Origin: a virus
Taxonomy: Duplodnaviria; Caudoviricetes
Strand: one strand, 5' to 3'
IMG/VR virus record: IMGVR_UViG_3300032285_002078
Location: 1 to 58,411 of that record
Length of the DNA: 58,411 nucleotides
Positions 56,820-58,411 of this stretch are shown one piece after another. The translations under genes and the position numbers were made by a program. The stretch's first letter is position 1, and every line of letters starts with the position of its first letter. The notes under the pieces were generated by a model. The model saw nothing but the letters and a program-made list of their open reading frames with translations. It had not been told where the DNA came from and did not search any database.

Positions 56820-58211
56820 TTAAGCATTATCAATTTTTACATAACCAGTTGTTGGACCTGTTAATCTCCATGGTGCGGCAGCACCAGTGATAAACACCCA
56901 CTGACCAGCACCTGGGCTTCCAAAGCCACTAGTTTTCTGTGTAAGTGTAGCTCTATGTCCTGTTAGTTTAGTAACATAATATGTTGCACCAAACTCGTCA
57001 GTTGCAACAAGATTGGCATCACCGTCTGCTGACACTGCGGATGCTTTTAACTTAACAGTGGCTACAGCATTACTACCTTTTACTTTGTAACGACGTGTAG
57101 ATACTTGACGAATAATGTCAACAGTACCAACAGTTGAACCAATTTGAGCTGTCATTAAAATAGCATTTTCTTGATTGTTGTTTGAACCAATTAAGCCACT
57201 GTCTGTTGTTAGAACAATGGTACCAGTAGCACGAGTTTCACTGTGGTCAACAATAGTAGATGCAAATGTAACTGGTTCTACACCAGTATATCCAGAACCT
57301 TTTTGTGTTACTGCAATAGTCTTAACACCGTAGTAAATGTCAAGAGTTGCATTAGTGCCTGTTCCAGAAACGTTAGTTACCGCTTGAGAGGCAGCATCAA
57401 CTACTGTATAGTCGCCTTGGTATCCAGTTACAACTTCAACTGCTTCAATACCATATGTAAATGTTACTGTTCCACCAGACGCATTGTTATCATTTACTGG
57501 ATCATTTGTTGGGCCGTTATAGTCACCGTCACCACGTGTGTTGTAACTTGGGTTTGTTGGGTTAGGTGTATTATTACCACCAACAATAGTTTGCGGACCT
57601 ATTGGTGCTAGATCTAATGGGCCGCCGCCGTACGTGCCATCCCATACACCATAACTACCAGCTCCGCCTTTTGCTAGTCCAGTTAAACGGTGGCCGCCTA
57701 CACCACCAATTGTTACACTTTTAAGAATAGTAGGACTTGTCCAGTTTCCCTGAACTTTGTCGTCCCATACTACCCATTCGCCGCCATCCCAGTTTGTACC
57801 TGAAGTAGCATAATTTACAGTGATATCTACAACTTTTAATTTTGTAACACGGAATCTTGCTTTTGTACCAGTACCTGTAGTACCTTCAACAATATCACCA
57901 ATTTGATAACCTGTACCTTTAAGGTTAGGTACGGCATGAACTGCTTGAACATGACTTACTGTGGCAACAGCTGATACGCCACCTGGAATAGTAGGCGGTG
58001 CTATTGAGATTGTTGGAATTCTTTCCAAGTATGCACCGCTACCGTACGATGTATCAGCTACTGATGCACCAAATGTAACTCCTGCAAAACCTTCACCGCC
58101 GATACGGTCATCAGCGTAGTTTTGATTATTTGAATTATTACCACCAACTTGGTTACCACCAACACCTATGTTGCGGTTACCAAAATATTTTTTATTTAGA
58201 GGACGTCCCAT
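56820..58211 (-). CDS. Probable virion structural protein (463 aa) downstream of the putative capsid gene
   Basis: Gly/Thr-rich with G.GY..GD modules; TAAGGAG SD; TAAATA at 58300-58305. Confidence 0.65.
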   Translation of the reverse strand: MGRPLNKKYFGNRNIGVGGNQVGGNNSNNQNYADDRIGGEGFAGVTFGASVADTSYGSGAYLERIPTISIAPPTIPGGVSAVATVSHVQAVHAVPNLKGTGYQIGDIVEGTTGTGTKARFRVTKLKVVDITVNYATSGTNWDGGEWVVWDDKVQGNWTSPTILKSVTIGGVGGHRLTGLAKGGAGSYGVWDGTYGGGPLDLAPIGPQTIVGGNNTPNPTNPSYNTRGDGDYNGPTNDPVNDNNASGGTVTFTYGIEAVEVVTGYQGDYTVVDAASQAVTNVSGTGTNATLDIYYGVKTIAVTQKGSGYTGVEPVTFASTIVDHSETRATGTIVLTTDSGLIGSNNNQENAILMTAQIGSTVGTVDIIRQVSTRRYKVKGSNAVATVKLKASAVSADGDANLVATDEFGATYYVTKLTGHRATLTQKTSGFGSPGAGQWVFITGAAAPWRLTGPTTGYVKIDNA

Positions 58212-58315
58212 TTTATTTTCTCCTTAAGAAATAATGGCGTTCTAGGCCATACGCGGTTGGATTTCCGCATAAAACTTACCCTGCGTAAGTTGTACTGTGT
58301 ATTTAGTTGATAATG

Positions 58316-58339
58316 AAAAAGGGCTCCGAAGAGCCCTTT
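58316..58339 (-). terminator. Intrinsic terminator with cUUCGg loop
   Basis: Minus strand AAAGGGCTC-TTCG-GAGCCCTTTTT. Confidence 0.88.
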
Positions 58340-58367
58340 GATTTTGTTTACAAACTTTAGGTTTGAA

Positions 58368-58411
58368 TTAGCTGAACTTAACGTTAGCGGCTGTAATAGC
58401 AACTTTACCTA
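58368..58411 (-). CDS. 3' end of an upstream gene, possibly the major capsid protein (gp23-like)
   Basis: Reads ...GKVAITAANVKFS* followed by a strong terminator. Only 13 codons are visible, so the identity rests on recalled resemblance and context. Confidence 0.45.
   Translation of the reverse strand, partial: GKVAITAANVKFS

Noticed and set aside
58196-58402. 68-aa minus-strand ORF
   Set aside because: It crosses a terminator, a promoter and a structured leader and overlaps two better-supported genes.
1-58411. Alternative genetic code (stop-codon reassignment)
   Set aside because: Core genes are full length and densely packed in the standard code; the gene ends checked use TAA or TGA and no genes are fragmented.

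Overview
This window is part of the genome of a large, AT-rich T4-like (myovirus-type) bacteriophage, mostly coded on the minus strand in standard genetic code. At the left are recombination and replication genes (partial UvsX/RecA, gp32 SSB). Next come putative protease-processed internal head proteins, the large and probable small terminase, gp4 head-completion nuclease, tail tube, an enlarged tail sheath, an HNH-like protein, dNMP kinase, neck/tail-completion genes gp13/14/15 and a Nudix hydrolase. About 37 kb then encodes tail-fibre/virion structural genes, including a 2840-aa fibre built from nested domain insertions; the window ends with what is probably the last codons of the major capsid gene. 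Inside the fibre region is an enzyme cassette (NodU-type carbamoyltransferase, GT9-like glycosyltransferase, four 2OG-Fe(II) oxygenases, a GmhB-like protein lacking its catalytic aspartates) next to two paralogous Gly-rich proteins with about 45 cysteines each, plus a second pair of glycosyltransferases. This is the best candidate for an undescribed virion-decoration system. Regulatory signals are readable by eye: TAAATA late-promoter cores (several 4-5 nt from an ATG, suggesting leaderless mRNAs), two sigma70-like promoters, cUUCGg terminators and multi-hairpin leaders. No tRNA, rRNA, CRISPR array or reverse transcriptase was recognised. All calls come from manual motif recognition; no database search or computation was run.
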